NCBI GenBank assembly: GCA_040954595.2 | Contig: CM082598.2 | Coordinates: 8,509,097-8,573,096 of the forward strand | Origin: Balanoglossus misakiensis | Lineage: Eukaryota > Animalia > Hemichordata | Length of the DNA stretch: 64,000 nucleotides | Direction of reading: 5' to 3' | In this document: positions 37,372 to 52,417 of the stretch, one piece after another | Position numbering within the stretch: position 1 is the first letter of the stretch | Layout of the letters: each line of letters opens with the position of its first letter | Notes under the pieces: model-generated | The model's input: the letters and a program-made list of their open reading frames with translations, nothing else | Databases searched by the model: none | Told to the model about the DNA's origin: nothing | Program-made: the position numbers and the translations under genes

Positions 37372-40300
37372 TTGTTTTATCGTATTGCACCAGATTCTCC
37401 AAGACTCTCTTTTTAGACACATAAATTAACAAACAGACAGCAGACGACAACAAGGTCACGTTCCTACAGCACGACGTTCTCATCAACTGCGAAGCGATCG
37501 ACGATGGCTGCAGGATCATTGCAGGAAATCAATGAGAAAACATTTGAAACAGGTATGCGCCCTCAAACTACGTAGAGCACATTTGAGAATGTCTCTTTTT
37601 ACATAACTTTTTGGTCATATTCTCGCAAATGTAGAGCTAACAAATGATTAATTGTTTAAATTTGTTGATCTAGTTGCATAAGTATGTCAAAAACTAATAT
37701 TATGTAGCAGTTTATAACGAATCCATTGTGTACATCTGAATTTCAAATGAAGTTTCGCACTAAATTGAAAAATGATACATGAGCATAGAATAAGAAATTA
37801 CATCATTTGATCATGATCTCAATTTGCATGTCTTAATCAAAGCTAATGAAATTGTTGTATTTCAATACCTAACCCCTTTAACCACCATGGTTCAGACCAA
37901 ACCCATTGTTTTCTATGGTGAGGACCTCTAAAGAAGGAACTGTAAGATTTGATCATTTTCCCAATGCGTTTTTGTTGAGTATTCACGGTGTGTTTTGTCC
38001 AGATTTAATCTTAATCATTGAGTGAGCAGCCTTGAAATACAGTCCCATATTGCCAGTTTTTGCTATTTTTGACAATGTTGGGGGGTCTTTTATATTTTTG
38101 AAACTCACCAGAAGGCCTTGTGTACACAGTAGTTGTACACTATAGAATATATGGATAGGAGTACAGCAACATGCCTATAGCCATGCTATTTAGTAATGGA
38201 TGTCTAGGTCTCGAAACCTGTTGGCCTTGCAACTGGAGAGTACATACTCTTGACTCAGCTGAAATGTTGACTTCTTGAGGTGTGACGTAGTATTGTTGAT
38301 AAAGGCTCCAAAATACTGAGAGAGAAATAAAAACAAAAGTTTCAGTGCCAATCGATTATATTTAAATGCACATTTGTGAAAAACCGCTAACCTTTAAAAG
38401 TTTGTAAACATTGTTGCAATCTGGTCAAAATCTTAGATTAAATGATTCATATGTGAGAAAGAGGTGTTATGAAAGGTTAGATTTGTAGGGTTTTAGTATG
38501 TTTGAGACCAATCTATGTCTTTGGTTCTAAACTAACTAACTAAACAAACTCATTGGTTACTCAGGACAATTATCCCCAACATATGTACAGATATAGGGCT
38601 GACTCGGTATGTCTGGAAATCCTCAAATTAACTCACATTATGTTTTTAGAGAGCACACTTGTTATTACGTTTGACTGGTGCTTTCTTTCATTTGCTTCCA
38701 TCACCTTTGAAGTTTGACTCCATGCAGAACATCTATGGCAGCTGAGTTCAACAGGTTAAAGGTATACAGTCTCCTATGCAAAGTTAGCTACAGTTACCAT
38801 GGCAAATTGAAGATATTTTACTGTAATTAAAAATACACAGATGAATGGAATTTAGATTAATTCCCTACTCAGAAAGCTACACAATGAAAATGCCAAAAAT
38901 TCAGGACCATAGAAAGTTTGTTTTGCTGAAAAATGGGACATTCAGTAATGATAATTTTGTGTATTTCAAAGGTCGAGATATCATTGGTGTTATGCTCAGC
39001 TAGCAAATTTGGGTTGAGGGATCTCTTGAAAATTTTCCTTCCACCAATGTTATTCATCTTTGATCTCATAAATTATATAACTCTATCTAATGACAATACG
39101 CTCTGTGTGTTTGAGGGATAAGTTAATTAGTATGAGACCAAATATAATTGATTTGTTTGGCACTTGGATGTAACCTGTGATCAAATGGCAGCGCAGTGGC
39201 CAAGACACTGTTTTGGAGAAATCCGCTCGCTGAGCAAATTGACGAGAAACTAATTTGCGTTTCTCGATTACACGCCATTACATTTTTTGTCCTCCGAAAA
39301 GCAACGGCTGAGTGTATGATAGACTATTGTGAACAATATAAAGGTCTTTGCCCAAGGGTGCCTGCATGAAGGTTTCCTGCAGCGAACGGGAACAGCATTT
39401 GGGAAATCTATTTTCACTGTGAATGCGAATCTTGATATTTCGGTATTAAATGAGCAACACTATGGCCTATAGGGCTTTACGTCTTTGAAATAATATAATA
39501 CCCTGTTGGCAAGATCCCAGCTATTGTCAAATGTTATCTCTTCATGTAGAATGCAAGCTGATTTATATAAAGGCAGGAACGAATATCTTTTAAATTAGCG
39601 TGCGTCTCAGTCACGTACACCGATTTCATACAACCCATCCAATGTGTCAACTGCAAAATCATACTGAAACAAATAAGTATCAATTACTGCGCTTTTCATG
39701 TATATAATTGCGATCATACCCATTCATTGGTGAAAAATACATTATTTACATGTTCAGTTGCCGAGCCAAACAGTCAAAAATTGATACAGCGCAGCACACA
39801 GACCAAAGTCAAGTCTGTGAAAGACAGATATATGACCCGGAAGTGATGTCATTATTTTTTCTAAACTTCCCACCTAACCGACCATGTGGCACCCGCCATG
39901 TATAATCCTGGCTTTCTCGTTTTAAATGAACGAGAAAAGTTCGTGTATATTTTCACTCACAAAGACAAACTTCTTCTTGTTAAGTTAATATCAAGTACTT
40001 TACTTCTCTACCCAAACTTCTTCAGTTGTGTAAATGTAAGTGGTAGAGCAAATGCAAGCAATTATACATTGCTAACATAATCCGGTAGGATTGTTGCTTG
40101 TGCAATGTAGTATTATTTGAAATGTACTTCAAAGACAAAGGAGGCATTTCGTTCTCAAAACTCAAGATGTAGTGAAGGTTTTTTACCTGATGTGCAAGTA
40201 AACTCCAATTTGAAACTTTCTGACTCGTTTCCTGACAGCTAGCAGCCAAACAAAAAAACTTAGTCGTTTTTTCAGAAATTCATATTGTCTGAGTACCTCT

Positions 40301-40984
40301 CTACCATCCACCAATGCAATTCTGCGACCGGCCCTACGTCAATCGAAAATTATTGGCATCATCAACTACTCAACATTCGATCGCCTAGGTCCTATTATCC
40401 AGATGGTCCTATCACGCCGGCCGACAACTGTCTTTAAATAGCCAATACCGTAACGCGCCATCATCGACAAGTACCTTCTCAACTTGTCGGTGGGGTTTGG
40501 GAATATATCAGCAATTCTTTTTCAACCACTGTTCAGTAAAGATTCCCTCTCCCCCGACTGTTAGCCCATCTCCCAAGATATTGCAAAAGCATTTTTTTCC
40601 TCTGCACCATCTGCCGACAACCCCCATTATCCTTCAACCACCCCACTAAATTCAAATGGTGCTCCCCTTGTACAAAAAACAACTATTGTTATGTCATTGC
40701 TCCATTCGCAATCGAAAAAAGGCAACGAGAGACTTATTTTTTACGAACAATACAGGTCAATGCCCGGTTTTTTAGCAAGGGTTTTGACTTTTGGAGGTTT
40801 TTTATGAACGACTCGCACATGTACCACTTATAGCCTTGAAACTTTACTAGTCCAATGGGCAAGGGGAACATCTCTGAATAAATGTCGGAGATTTGCATCA
40901 TCTGTAAAACGTTGCAAATCTGTCTATTAATACAAGGCTTAGCCAGTTTCAAAAAAGGCTGTGACTCTGCATTAAAAAATGTTG

Positions 40985-41670
40985 GGCGACGTGACTGTGG
41001 CCTCCCGTAGTGTGATATCTTCTTGTATGGTTGGCTGAATATTGTTGATTACCTTCTGAAGGCTTTTAAGCTGTGCGTTGTTCGTTATTACCAATGGGGT
41101 TTTGTTGTTATCCCCTTTTTGGTTATATTCAAGGAGATCATCGCGGTTATGTTGTTGACTCGTTTTTTACTTGTTCATGAATGGTATTGGGTTTGTATCT
41201 GAGTTGCCGAAATGTCTGTTGCAATTCACCAAGATTGTGATTTCGGTCTTCTTGTTTGGAGCATATTCTGTTATAACGGAGGGTTTGGCTGGATGCAATA
41301 GAACAGAGGGTGTGTGGAGGATGGGAACTGGATGGATGTTGGTAATTGTTGCTGTCTGTGTGGGTTTTTTTTTGGGGGGGGAGGGGTGCTCGTTTCAAGA
41401 TGACCGTCATGGAGTTTCACTGTGGTGTCAAGGAAATGTATGCAATCCTGAGAATATTCCATAGTGAATTTGATAGTGTGGTGTAGAGTGTCTAGTCCAT
41501 GGGTTCAAATCATGAAGATGTCATCTGTGAAGCGAAGGTATATGTATAGGGTTTGAGTGGATATCAATCAAGGAAGAGTTGTTCAAAATCTGTCATGAAT
41601 AAAATTAGCGACCTATGGTCCCATACGCGTACCCATCGCAGTCCCATGTCTAAATCATTTCAACAGGAAG
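40985..41670 (-). pseudogene. Penelope-like retroelement reverse transcriptase relic
   Basis: Minus-strand fragments GTAMGTRMGP, YLRFTDDIFMI, TIKFTMEYSQDCIHFLDTTV, HPSSSHPPHT..SIASSQTLRYNRICS, with multiple stops and frameshifts. Confidence 0.8.
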
Positions 41671-41751
41671 GTCAAGACAGCCATCAAATGATGTCTTTGA
41701 ATCCGGACCTAAATTCAAGAACAATGGGAGTTATATTCTTTTTTTTAAATA

Positions 41752-43585
41752 TATAATAATGCTTTATTTGCATTTCAAGGCCTCCGGCCCATGTGCAAAG
41801 GGGGGTTACATTCAGTATTTCCATTACTTCGTCAAAACAAAACAAAAACAAAACAAAAAGATACAAACATCACGTGGATAATGAAAACGGAAGTAAGTTA
41901 CAGTGGGAGACAATTACAAATCAGAAGTGAAAATGTTATACATTTGCATCAGCTCTTTCTCTGAGCTTGACTGCTCTATGAACAAAATTACAAAGCCTGA
42001 GTATGGTGTCTGAATCATTTGTGTTCATTACATTGGTAAACTTATAAAAGTTTGGCTCTTAAAACAGATAAGTCGGTAAGTATCGTACTCTGAGATTGTT
42101 ATACAGTGGACAAATTACTAGAAAGTGGTACTCATCTTCAACTGCTTTGGTGTTACAAAATTTACAATGTCTGTCTGCTGGGTCGATGTGGTGTCTTCTG
42201 CCTTCCTCTATAGCGAGGGGAAGTGAAGAACACCGAAAACGTGAATACATTTGGATAACAGTGTGGTGACACTGGATGGAAAGATATTTTTCAGGTTCTA
42301 AAATACTCTTGAATTGAATGTAAGTGCGAAGTTTTGGTTTCAATGCCATGTTTTCTCTCCATTGTTGTCTAAAAATATCCTGCACTCTTAGTTGAAATGT
42401 CGAAAGAAATAATTGCTTGTTGCCCACTTCCTGAGCAACCCATGCAAAACCTAGCCCAAATGAGAACAGAATATCCTTTATAGATGACGCCCAAGTACGT
42501 CTGCCTATACTGTCCAAATTACATAACATAATATAAGCTTGTTTCGGAATTCTGTCATTGGGCATTTCTAACAGCTTTAACCAAAAACTGATACGTTTCA
42601 GGGTGTAATAATAAATAGGGAAGCGCCCACATTCTCCTAGTACAGCTTCATTTGTCGCATTCTTAGGTAAACCCAATATTCTTCTGCACCAATTCCTTTG
42701 AATTTTCTCTATAGCATCAAAATATTGGTGGCCCCAGACTTCTGAACCATAACAAAGGATTGGCAGAATAAGCACATCAAACAGTTTAAAATGAACATTA
42801 CAATCAAAGTGACCAAGTTTCCACCTTGCGACTGAGAGTGAAGTTAAGGCTTTGTTTGCTTGGTTGGCTAAGGTGCAAACTGCTTTGGACCATGAATTTC
42901 GTGAGGAAAGGAGAAGGCCAAGGTACTTGAATAAGAAACAATCTCAATCGCAGTTCCATTAAAATGCCATTTCTCCCATCGCGAACGATGGCCACCTTTA
43001 CGAAATATCATTACCTTTGTTTTATCAAAATTGATCTGCATACGCCATTAAGGGCAAAAGAGGGCTAAAATGTCAATCAAACATTGCAAATTTCTAATAG
43101 AATCAGCAAAAATGACAACATCATCTGCGTATAATAAACAGAAAAGGTCATACAATTCTTGGGTAAGCTGAACACCCATAATACCAGCTGACATGTACAT
43201 AGAATTAAGTTCTTCTATAAAGAAACTGAATAATATAGGGCTTAGGATACATCCCTGCCTGACCCCAGCTGGACAATCAAAATAGTGTGATGAGACATTG
43301 CCCGCTCTGACACATGACTTAATGTTGGAATACATGGATTTTAAAATACGAAACATTTTCCCCTTGATGCCTAGCGACATGAGTTTGTACAACAGGAGGG
43401 AGTGGTTAACCCTGTCAAATGCCTTGGAAAAGTCAATGAAGAGACAGTAAAGTTTTCCACGACGGACACTTAAATATTTCTGAATGATGGCGTGTAAGGT
43501 AAAAATGTTATCCGTAGTGCCGTGATTTTTTCTAAAACCTGCTTGGCAGTCTGAGAGGATATTTGAGGAGTTATATTCACAACAC
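41752..43585 (-). mobile_element. 5'-truncated LINE (RT domain to 3' end), disrupted
   Basis: QAGFRKNHGTTDNIF, LFIDFSKAFDRV, GVRQGCILSPILF, LLYADD, PILCYGSEVWG and C-terminal CKFC...EDEYHFLVIC; AATAAAG(CATTATTAT) 3' end; frameshifts. Confidence 0.92.
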
Positions 43586-45406
43586 AATTGTAGGCAGTTG
43601 GTCTGGATATAGTCGAGTAGAACTGAACCCGAAATTGGCATAACCGTGAAGTACGGTACAAATGCGATCTTTTTGTGATAAGATGTGATGAAGCAGAGGT
43701 CATACAGAATTGAGCGAACACAATTGTACAAATAATGTATATGTATTACACGAAAAGTTAAACTGTTTTTACTAAGAGAACATCTACAAAAAAAGTAATG
43801 ATGTTAGAAATTAGCAAATGGTTATTTCGAGTATAACACCCAACCGGCCCGGGCGACGATGCATTTCAAGACTCAGATAGCCAGAGTCTATCGAAACACA
43901 GTAAGTGCACGATATGTGCACACATGGCACTTTTTAACCATCACAATGTCGATATTTCTCTGTCAATTAATGTGCAGTTGCCCTATTTGCTAACAGAGAG
44001 GTCCCAAACATAGGCGTACATGATTTCAGAGATGCCACTTTATGAAATGTTTATCGAAGCTTCTCCATGCAACTGGAAAGCATCTTTGTTGGCCTTGTAA
44101 CTGTCACAAATCACTGGTTATGAAACAGACACTCTATTTGACAAAAGTGCATTTTCACTCATTAATCTCTATACTAAAGCTGACACAACTATCTGTAACT
44201 TGTGAATACTTTGTCAGGTTTATTGGTCTGTATGTAAACCATGGTTCTTTATTCAGCTCCCTATATCAGGATTAGTATTTATCCACTCAACTCTACCAGC
44301 ATGTAGAAAAAATTAATCAAATAACACAAGTGAGGTTGAACTATTAAGCTAAGAATATTTATTTCCAGGTAAGCGTCATATGTTTATGGCTTCAGTGTGA
44401 TATTTTGGCATCCTGCATTGTTTTATGGACAGTCACTTCATCATATAACTGTAATGTCAGCATGAAAGTTAGGATGAAAATTACCGTTATGGACATTTAT
44501 AAAGAAAAACGCTTGTATGATCATGAATAGAAGTGAAAGTACAATGAAAGGAGTGTGTAAGAATAGAACGCCCCATGGGTGTAAGAAATTGAATGTGACC
44601 TGTTTCAATCGAAATTTCCCACGGAATGTTTAAACGTCCTTGTCACCGAGGCCAATTTCATGAGTTTTAGCCTGCACAACGGATGATGATCTCAGACCAT
44701 GATGATGATGATGGCGATATTCATCTTTATATATTCGAGTAACAAACACCAAACATTCAAAAATGAATGTAAATAATGAATGCTGAAATACCGTCAAGAA
44801 CGATCGATCTACACTGAGTTGGGGAAACACGTATCTTGATAATTATATGAAGTTGGTCAAACTCACAAACTAAATCTAAACGAACCAATTCCAGTAGAGT
44901 ATTACCACGACTGCACTTGAAAAGTCCAAGAAAAGTTTTCCTGTGTTGAGCTTGGGTGCACTCTCGGAGCGAGCAGACTTGCCAAGCATCTGGAAACTGG
45001 CAATCATTCTACATATAAGCAACGCGTCTCACAGACGAGGAACGGCTAGATCAATCGCTTAGGTAAGTAAGCGGGTTTTTAAGCCCCTAAGAATCTTTGT
45101 TTCGCGCGAAGAAATTGATAAAAATCAAATTCATCCCAGTGTGTATTTATAATAATCTATGATATCGTGCAAAAACACTCCAGCACCGATTCCTTATTTT
45201 CTTCGCGTATATTCTAGTAATCATGTACGAATAACCATATACTCTTCAGCCTATGAAAGTCAAGAAACTAATTTACGTTCCCACATTGCAACTGTTCGTT
45301 CAATGGTGCATAAAACCAACGTTATATAGAACATCGTGGTCCTCATTATATTACTGTCTTCTCCCGTTCGCATAGGTGATCACAAATCAGAAAGCAACGT
45401 CAGAAA

Positions 45407-46508
45407 ATGGCACTATTTTCAAACGACACGGGTTTGGATGGGGTAACAAATGGAACTGATTCAGAAGTCGACCTATTCAGCTTTAACACACCATTTAAAT
45501 ATGCAGTCCTGTCTGTATCGATAATCGGCCTGATAGACAACGTTCTCGTCTGTTTCGTCATCTGCCGCGTCCAGGCTCTGCAGACGCTCACCAATGCCTT
45601 TGTTTTCAACCAAGCACTAGTAGACGCGCTGACGTCGTTCCTGATCGTCACTTCATTGAAGTAACACGCTACCCCGGTCTTGTCGGTCACTTCCTCTGTC
45701 GTGTTTGGGCGTCCAGATATTTGCTATGGGTATGTCTAAGTGCATCAACATTCAGTCTTATGACGATATCCTTTGAGAGATACTTTGCCCTAGTCTATAC
45801 CCTACGTCACCGAGCTACTTTCACAGCTAGAAAAGTTGGAGTAATTATCGCAATAATCTGGATTTTATCCTTTGTGTTATCTCTATACGTAGCGGTTTTC
45901 ATTGTGAATGTATCCCCAACTAGTGAATGTTATCTCACAGATATGTCAGATATAGTAAGAACGGCCGTAGCTGTATATGTATTCTCTTACCAGTATTTCA
46001 TACCACTATCGTCCATGTCATTTGCATATCTGCGCATAGCTCTTGCAATGCGCAGTTATTCGAAAACAGCTATTCTTAAGCAACAATTCGCATCAGGTGC
46101 AAACAACACGGGCACGGAGAATGTACAAGGGTGTCCTGTAAACAATGTACGGCAGGTTTCTCTCGACAAAGCTCGCAAAAATGTATACAATAACTTCTTT
46201 CTATTTTTCTTTGCGTATATCATCTGCTGGTCGCCAAGTCAGATATATTTCATGCTGTTCTATGTATTGGATCTATTTGGCACATTTAGCTGGAGGGTTC
46301 GCGAATATTTCATTGTCTTGGCTTACTGCAATTTATGCATCAACCCTATAATCTATGCTCTGCAATATGAGCGTTTCCAAACTGGTTTGTGAAAGCTTTT
46401 GACGACAGTGTGCAAACGATCTCTCCCCAAGAGAAACCTGTCTGGTGTAATTGACTGTATAGAACACAAACAGTTCAATGTAGACAGTCAAGTTATGTAT
46501 GACTAAGG
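45407..46508 (+). pseudogene. Class A (rhodopsin-like, peptide-receptor-like) GPCR with intronless CDS, disabled
   Basis: TM1 IIGLIDNVLV, TM2 NQALVD, TM3 ISFERY, TM6 CWSP, TM7 NLCINPIIY. Frameshift near 45650 and likely premature TGA at 46390-46392. Putative 5'UTR intron (GTAAGT ~45063 to CATAG ~45375). Confidence 0.88.
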
Positions 46509-48559
46509 TAATCCATACTAGTTCTCTTTCAAAGAATAAGCGTTGCAATGTATTTGCTTAAAATCTATGTATTTCAGTCACACTATCCCAGTAAAGAAAG
46601 TCATACATGGTTGTGATCAGTTCAAAAAATACAAAAAAAAATATTTTAAAAAATGGCATAGTTTTAGTTATCATTACGGTCGCATCCCAGTGAATCTTGG
46701 TGTCCCTTATACAGGTCTAAAAGTATTATTACAGCAAGTGTCGCTAATAGATACACACAAACCAGACTTCACTACAAGAAAACAAGAATAATACGAACAT
46801 TTGCAAATGTTAATCGCAAATCAAATACAATTATTTGTATTTCGTATAGAATAACTTTGTCAACCCTCGACAAAGATGGACGTTTTTGCATGCGCATCTA
46901 TTCATGGTCATGTCATGTTCATCATTTTTATTCTTGGTTCGGCCAGATAAAATATCTTATTTACTAAATTTATTTACATTCGATTCTTCACGAAATGAGG
47001 ACATTTCGTGTGTTTATCGAGAAACTGCCATGTCAGATTTTTCATTTTCAAGTTGATGATTGGTACGCCCTGAAAACTCTCTTATACACTTTATTTATTT
47101 ATATTCGAGTCTCCACAAAATGAGGCCATTTGGCTTGTGGTGAAACTGCCATGCCATCTTCATGACATAGGCAACATGCTGCCGCACCAATACCGTTGGA
47201 AATGTAGATGGCGTTTAAAAAGCCTAGACCCCCCCCCCCCCAAATGTAATGTCTAATTTGTTATCTTGCTAATGTGGTAGGACGGTTGAGTTCGATCACT
47301 CTATATAAGACTTGTATGCTTTAGAATTTCGTTTGTAACTTTAATTATTGAGGCGAATTTGTTTATATGTGATTTTATCAAATGTCCTTGCACTTTTGTA
47401 ATGAACATTTTTCAAGCTGTACTACAATTGAATATTTTAGCTTGTGTTTGTGACTCTGACTATGTCTTAAATGCGATGTTGTGGTAAGTTTAATTTCTTA
47501 GCATACAATTTAAATTGTTTTCATTGTTGGAGCTTGAAGACCATCTGTTAGGGAAGACAAACCGATGTCTTATATTCACGCATTTCTCTATATTAGGTAT
47601 GAAGCCACCACCAATTTCCCACAATAATTCCGCACATCCGGACTATTAGGCGCGAAAAAATACCCATTTGCATAAAAAAAACATACCGACCGTCGAGGTG
47701 GCAACTCGGACACCTACGTGGGAGATTTTTAGAGCATTGCTCTTTCTCATTTGAAAGGACGCGTCCAGTAACGCAGGGATGTAGATCGGGATACTTCTCA
47801 CCCACGCTCCATATTTTCCGAACAACCTTTAAACGGGGAGGAACCAGAAAGCCTGGAGTGTGAGATTTCGCGCAGGCTCCATGCTGGCGTGTAGTTCCCA
47901 AGAACAGTTCGTCAGCTAGGATAAATACTTACAGTTCTTATTTAGGCCAGGTTCATCTTGGTGCCTCACCCATAAAATTTAAAATCAAATGTTTAAAGTT
48001 TCCGTGAATATTTAACATATGGTTCCAGTTCAAAATCAAAAGTACCTCAAGCTAAGCCGAGCGAGTGAGAATACCCTTGACAAGATTCCTAACCCAAGAC
48101 GTTCTCCCCTTCTCTATTATTTCACAGTAACACGTTTCAAGAGTGCTGTAATCATTTGTAAAATTACTTCAAGAACACTTCAATAGTTCGGAGGTAATAT
48201 TTAACTATTCAGGTTTATGTATTTAAACAGACTAAATAAAAACATTAGTAATGTCTTTGGATTTGTTAGTTGTTTTTACTTACAGCATATTATATAATAA
48301 TTGTATGATCGGGTCATTTTATATCAACTTAAAAAACGCTCTTAAGTTATTTCTGATCCCGTGAATTTCCGTCTGTAGTCCTAACTCCTAAGATCCACAA
48401 TAAATATACATGTCAAAAATAACTATAATACGACAGCCAGACTTAGGAGCGACTATCTGCAGAAGTGACCTGGGTGAACGACAATGCCCCGAGCGGCGCA
48501 CGGGACATAGGACTGAAGAGAGATTTTTAATTTCGTTTTCAAAGTATACGATTTTCCCC

Positions 48560-48740
48560 ATGTTGAATGTAGTATTTCTACGTCCTTGAATTTTGTTTCA
48601 ATGAGAAATAATTGTAAATATGATGCTGTGAAAGAGAACTTGGAACCTTTTATTTAAAATGTGGATATGTCCATCAAATTGATATGAAAGCCGCTATCCC
48701 TTTAGAATGATACTACCGCCTACACAGTGATAACCTGATC
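48560..48740. repeat. Dispersed repeat; second copy at ~60738-60912
   Basis: CATGTTGAATGTA...GAAATAATTGT...TTTTATTTA(A/G)AATGTGGAT...TTAGAAT(G/A)ATACTAC...CCTACAC shared in the same orientation. Confidence 0.75.
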
Positions 48741-48849
48741 TCTCGTTGTTGTGATGGTGGTCAGAAGCAACACAAATCTGCTCTGATTGTGTGAAATAGG
48801 TAAAAACTGAAACTGTTTCCGGTATATACAAATCTTGTTTACTTCTTTT

Positions 48850-49345
48850 ATACAGACACTTTCTTTCTCTCATAGACTGAATCTCGTCGAAGTAATACAA
48901 ATCTGCCTGCATGCCTGAATGGATGTTTAAAATTTCCGTAAGAGGGATAATTCGATAATCACCCCTCACATGTTTACGTCTTTCATAATGAGACTTTTTT
49001 TTTCTCTAATAGTAATACATAGTCCCTTGAAATCTCGCCACACTAATCCAAAACATGCCTATATGCCTTAATGGATGTTTAACATTTCTGTAGGGGTGAT
49101 AATAAAATAATTATCTATCACACATACGTCTTTCATAGTGAGACTTTCTTTCAGTTAGACACAGTCCCCCCAAATCTCGCAAAAGCAGTACTTAATATGC
49201 CTATATGCCTTAATGGATGTTTAAAATTTCCGCAGCAGACACAATTCGATAATCACTTATCGCAGGTTTACGTGTTTCATAGCGAGACTTTCTTTCTCTG
49301 AGACCTCTCACCGCAGCAGAACAAATTTGCATGTATGCCTTAGGT
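48850..49345. repeat. Degenerate minisatellite, ~140-150 bp unit, about 3.5 copies
   Basis: ATGCCT(T/G)AATGGATGTTTAA...ACGTCTTTCATA..GAGACTTT recurs at ~48910, 49065 and 49205. Confidence 0.8.
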
Positions 49346-49514
49346 GGGATGATGTTGTATAGGATAACGTTTCATCGTACCTGAATTCGATACAATGTGC
49401 TGATGGCGTAAACATGCTACGAAACTCGATGTTTTAATCTTTTGTGCGGTACGCGAATTCTATCAGCCATCTGGTGCGCGATTATTATAAACACCTTAAC
49501 CCACCTTCGCTTTA

Positions 49515-51170
49515 CAATTCAATTCAATTCAATTTAATACAATTTTATTTCAATAACTTAGGCTACCGGCCTATCGTTACATGCTCTCAATGATTTTTCC
49601 CTCTAGAAGTCAAAGGCTTATATTGATTTTTGTTAATCTCGGATGAAAAATACAAGTGTTCCGAGAAAATAAATTACACCTATTTCAATTCATAAATTAC
49701 TACGATTACAATATGTGTTTCCTTTTCTTAATACTATAAACAATAAATTTTGCCAGGGAGAGCAAGGTCTGTTTGTATTGACTCTTCAGTAATGTAATGT
49801 AGTTAAAGTAAGATGTGTCCCGACGAAATTAACCGTGTAAATATTTTTGTCTTGCGTCTTGAGTGCAAGTACAGTACATTCAAAAATAAAGTGGTATTCA
49901 TCATCTATTCTATTGGTACCGCAACATTTACATAATCTTCTGCTCTTTTCAATTTTATTTCCTCGGCCTCTGACAATTTCTAAGTTTGCTTCTGTTGAGC
50001 ACCGGATACGCGCAATTGCTGAAACAAGACATCTGTCTGGTAAAAGATCAATATACCTTTCTTGCTCGAGCTTACATTTACAGTTTACATAATTGAACAC
50101 AGTTTTATCATTACACACATTCATATACTATTCTTGGTTTGAGGTTTCAATAACTCTCGTCATAAAAGTTGACAAAAAGAAGTTTTGGTCGGCTATTTGT
50201 TGCGACAACCAAGCAAAATTAACACCATGATTTTGCACCAAAACTCTAACATACGTTGCCCAAGTTGTTTTACCGTTTTCAACAAGTTGACATAATATAT
50301 TATATGCTCTACGGGGAAGTCTGTGGTTTTTCATAAATAAAATCTTTAACCAATAATTTATCATCTTTAACACACTGAACATATATATCTTCCCGCACAC
50401 TCCCCCAGTACAGCAAGTTCAATGTAATAGATCGTACCCCAAGAAGTGTCTTAGTGTAAATAACAGAACTTTACTTGGACTCTTTCAATATTGATATATT
50501 GTTTAACACCCCAACATTCTGCAGAATATGTAAGAATTGGAGTAACCATGGCGTCAAAGAGTTTGAAATACAACGAAAGGCTTAAATGATTGAATTTTCT
50601 AACAATGCCCACATTCTTGCTAGCCTGTTGTGTTAATGTATTCACTGCTTTTCTCCAGGTACCTCTACAAGGTAATCCCAGATATTTGTTAAAACTAACA
50701 CACAGTATCTTTTTCCCTCGTAGTACCATTGTTCGGACCTTGCCAAACTTCCCCTGCTTTAAATACAATAATCTTTGTCTTGTTCACATTTACCTCCAAT
50801 TTCCAATTTGAGTAATACTGATGTAATAAATTTATGAGTCTTTGTAAACCGTACACTGTATTTGAGAACAAAAATAACACCATCGGCAAATAGAGGCCGA
50901 AAACAATCATACATATCGTACATTTGAACTCCGGAATACACAGAATTCATTACCATTGTTTGTAATTCACTAATAAATAGTACAAAAAGTAGGGGACTGA
51001 GCATACAGCCCTGTCTTACTCCAATGTTACAAGAGAAAACAATCTAGACAGCTCATTTTGAATTTTAACATCTGCATATATGTTACGAAGCATATTCAGC
51101 ATATTCGATCACTTAAACAAAATGGCTACCCAAGAAAGCCTACGTTACGATCACGATCGAAGCTTCAGGT
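49515..51170 (-). mobile_element. Older degenerate 5'-truncated LINE with (ATTGA)n tail
   Basis: GVRQGCMLSPLLF, LFADG, KYLG, PILTYSAECWG, RLCKCC...DDEYHFIFEC across many frameshifts; AATAAA plus (ATTGA)n tail at ~49515-49550. Confidence 0.88.
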
Positions 51171-52417
51171 ATACATGGTATACCCGGCAAAACAAAATTA
51201 GGACTTCGCCAAATTGACGAGTTGGGTGCACTATCATGATATAGGTCATTCCTTAGGTCGGGCGTTCATTCACTGACACTTGCTCTGGCCGTTAGACGGT
51301 GGTCGACAGTGGCGCCGTTCTCCAAAACCAGCAGAAACGCCGATACGGCAGTCGGAGCCAATACAAATGACGACGTCAAGTCGTTTGAGGACATTTTCTG
51401 TCCAAGGCCGAAACTTCTCTCGTCGTACATCGATATATTCCGCAAATACTCCATGTGGCTCCGTGAGGATCTTTGAATCCATGTGGCGGGAAATATTCGG
51501 CATAGTCAATTGTGTTGTCGTTGCAGATCCCGTCGCAGCTGCTGAAATATCAAACATAATTAATGGAAAAGGGGCAGCTGGAGAGAGACTTTGTCCCTTT
51601 AAATGCAAATCACATGCTATTGCCAATAAACCAGTAGCTTTAGGACAATTCTTACTGGTCGTTAGCAATTGAAGTGGTGTTTAATTAAAGGGATGTTTAA
51701 ATGAACACGGTACGTCTTTACTCCTTTTTAATGACCATTTTGAAGGTGTCACCAAAATCCGACATCAATTCTACCCTGTATTTGTGTAATCACCCGACTG
51801 CTTTCAAGGCAATAGTGGGAATCGTCACATCAGATGGACGATGGCACGTTTAACAGAGGGGCGTCTGATTGGTTCTAGAGATGACAACACGAAACGCATG
51901 CTGCTTAAGTTATTGTTTATTGTTCAAGATTTGTTTCGTTATTTTAGATGTATTTTTAAATATGTTTCACTGAACGTAACTGAAGGATTTTTGTCCTACT
52001 TTGCAGCAAGAAGTTATGTTTTGTACATGGTTCTTTATTGGTCCAGACTGGACTACAAATCTTGTCGTGTATGTCCATGGCTAGTCTTTTTTTCAAAATA
52101 AAATCATCGGCGTTGAAATATATACTCTACACGTGTCCCCGCCTCTCTTACATCCCAACAACCACCCTGGCAAGACAGACTCTACGAATGTTTCTCACCA
52201 TTAAAGGGACAAAATCAAGATGTCAAGTTGCACTAGATGGAACGTGCTGATGAACATAACATGGTTGAATTGAATCCCAAACAGACAGTTTTGTTTTCAT
52301 GCTTCTGGCACCAAACCATTGGCATCTCTCTGATTAGGGATCCACCAGCCTTGTGTTGTGTTTTTTTGCATTAAGCAACTTGGAGGGGGGACTGAGTCAG
52401 TATTTTTGTTAGATTAA

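Noticed and set aside
51266-51672. GC-richer overlapping ORFs (130-132 aa)
   Set aside because: No recognisable domain or splice structure. It could be a gene fragment, but this is unsupported.
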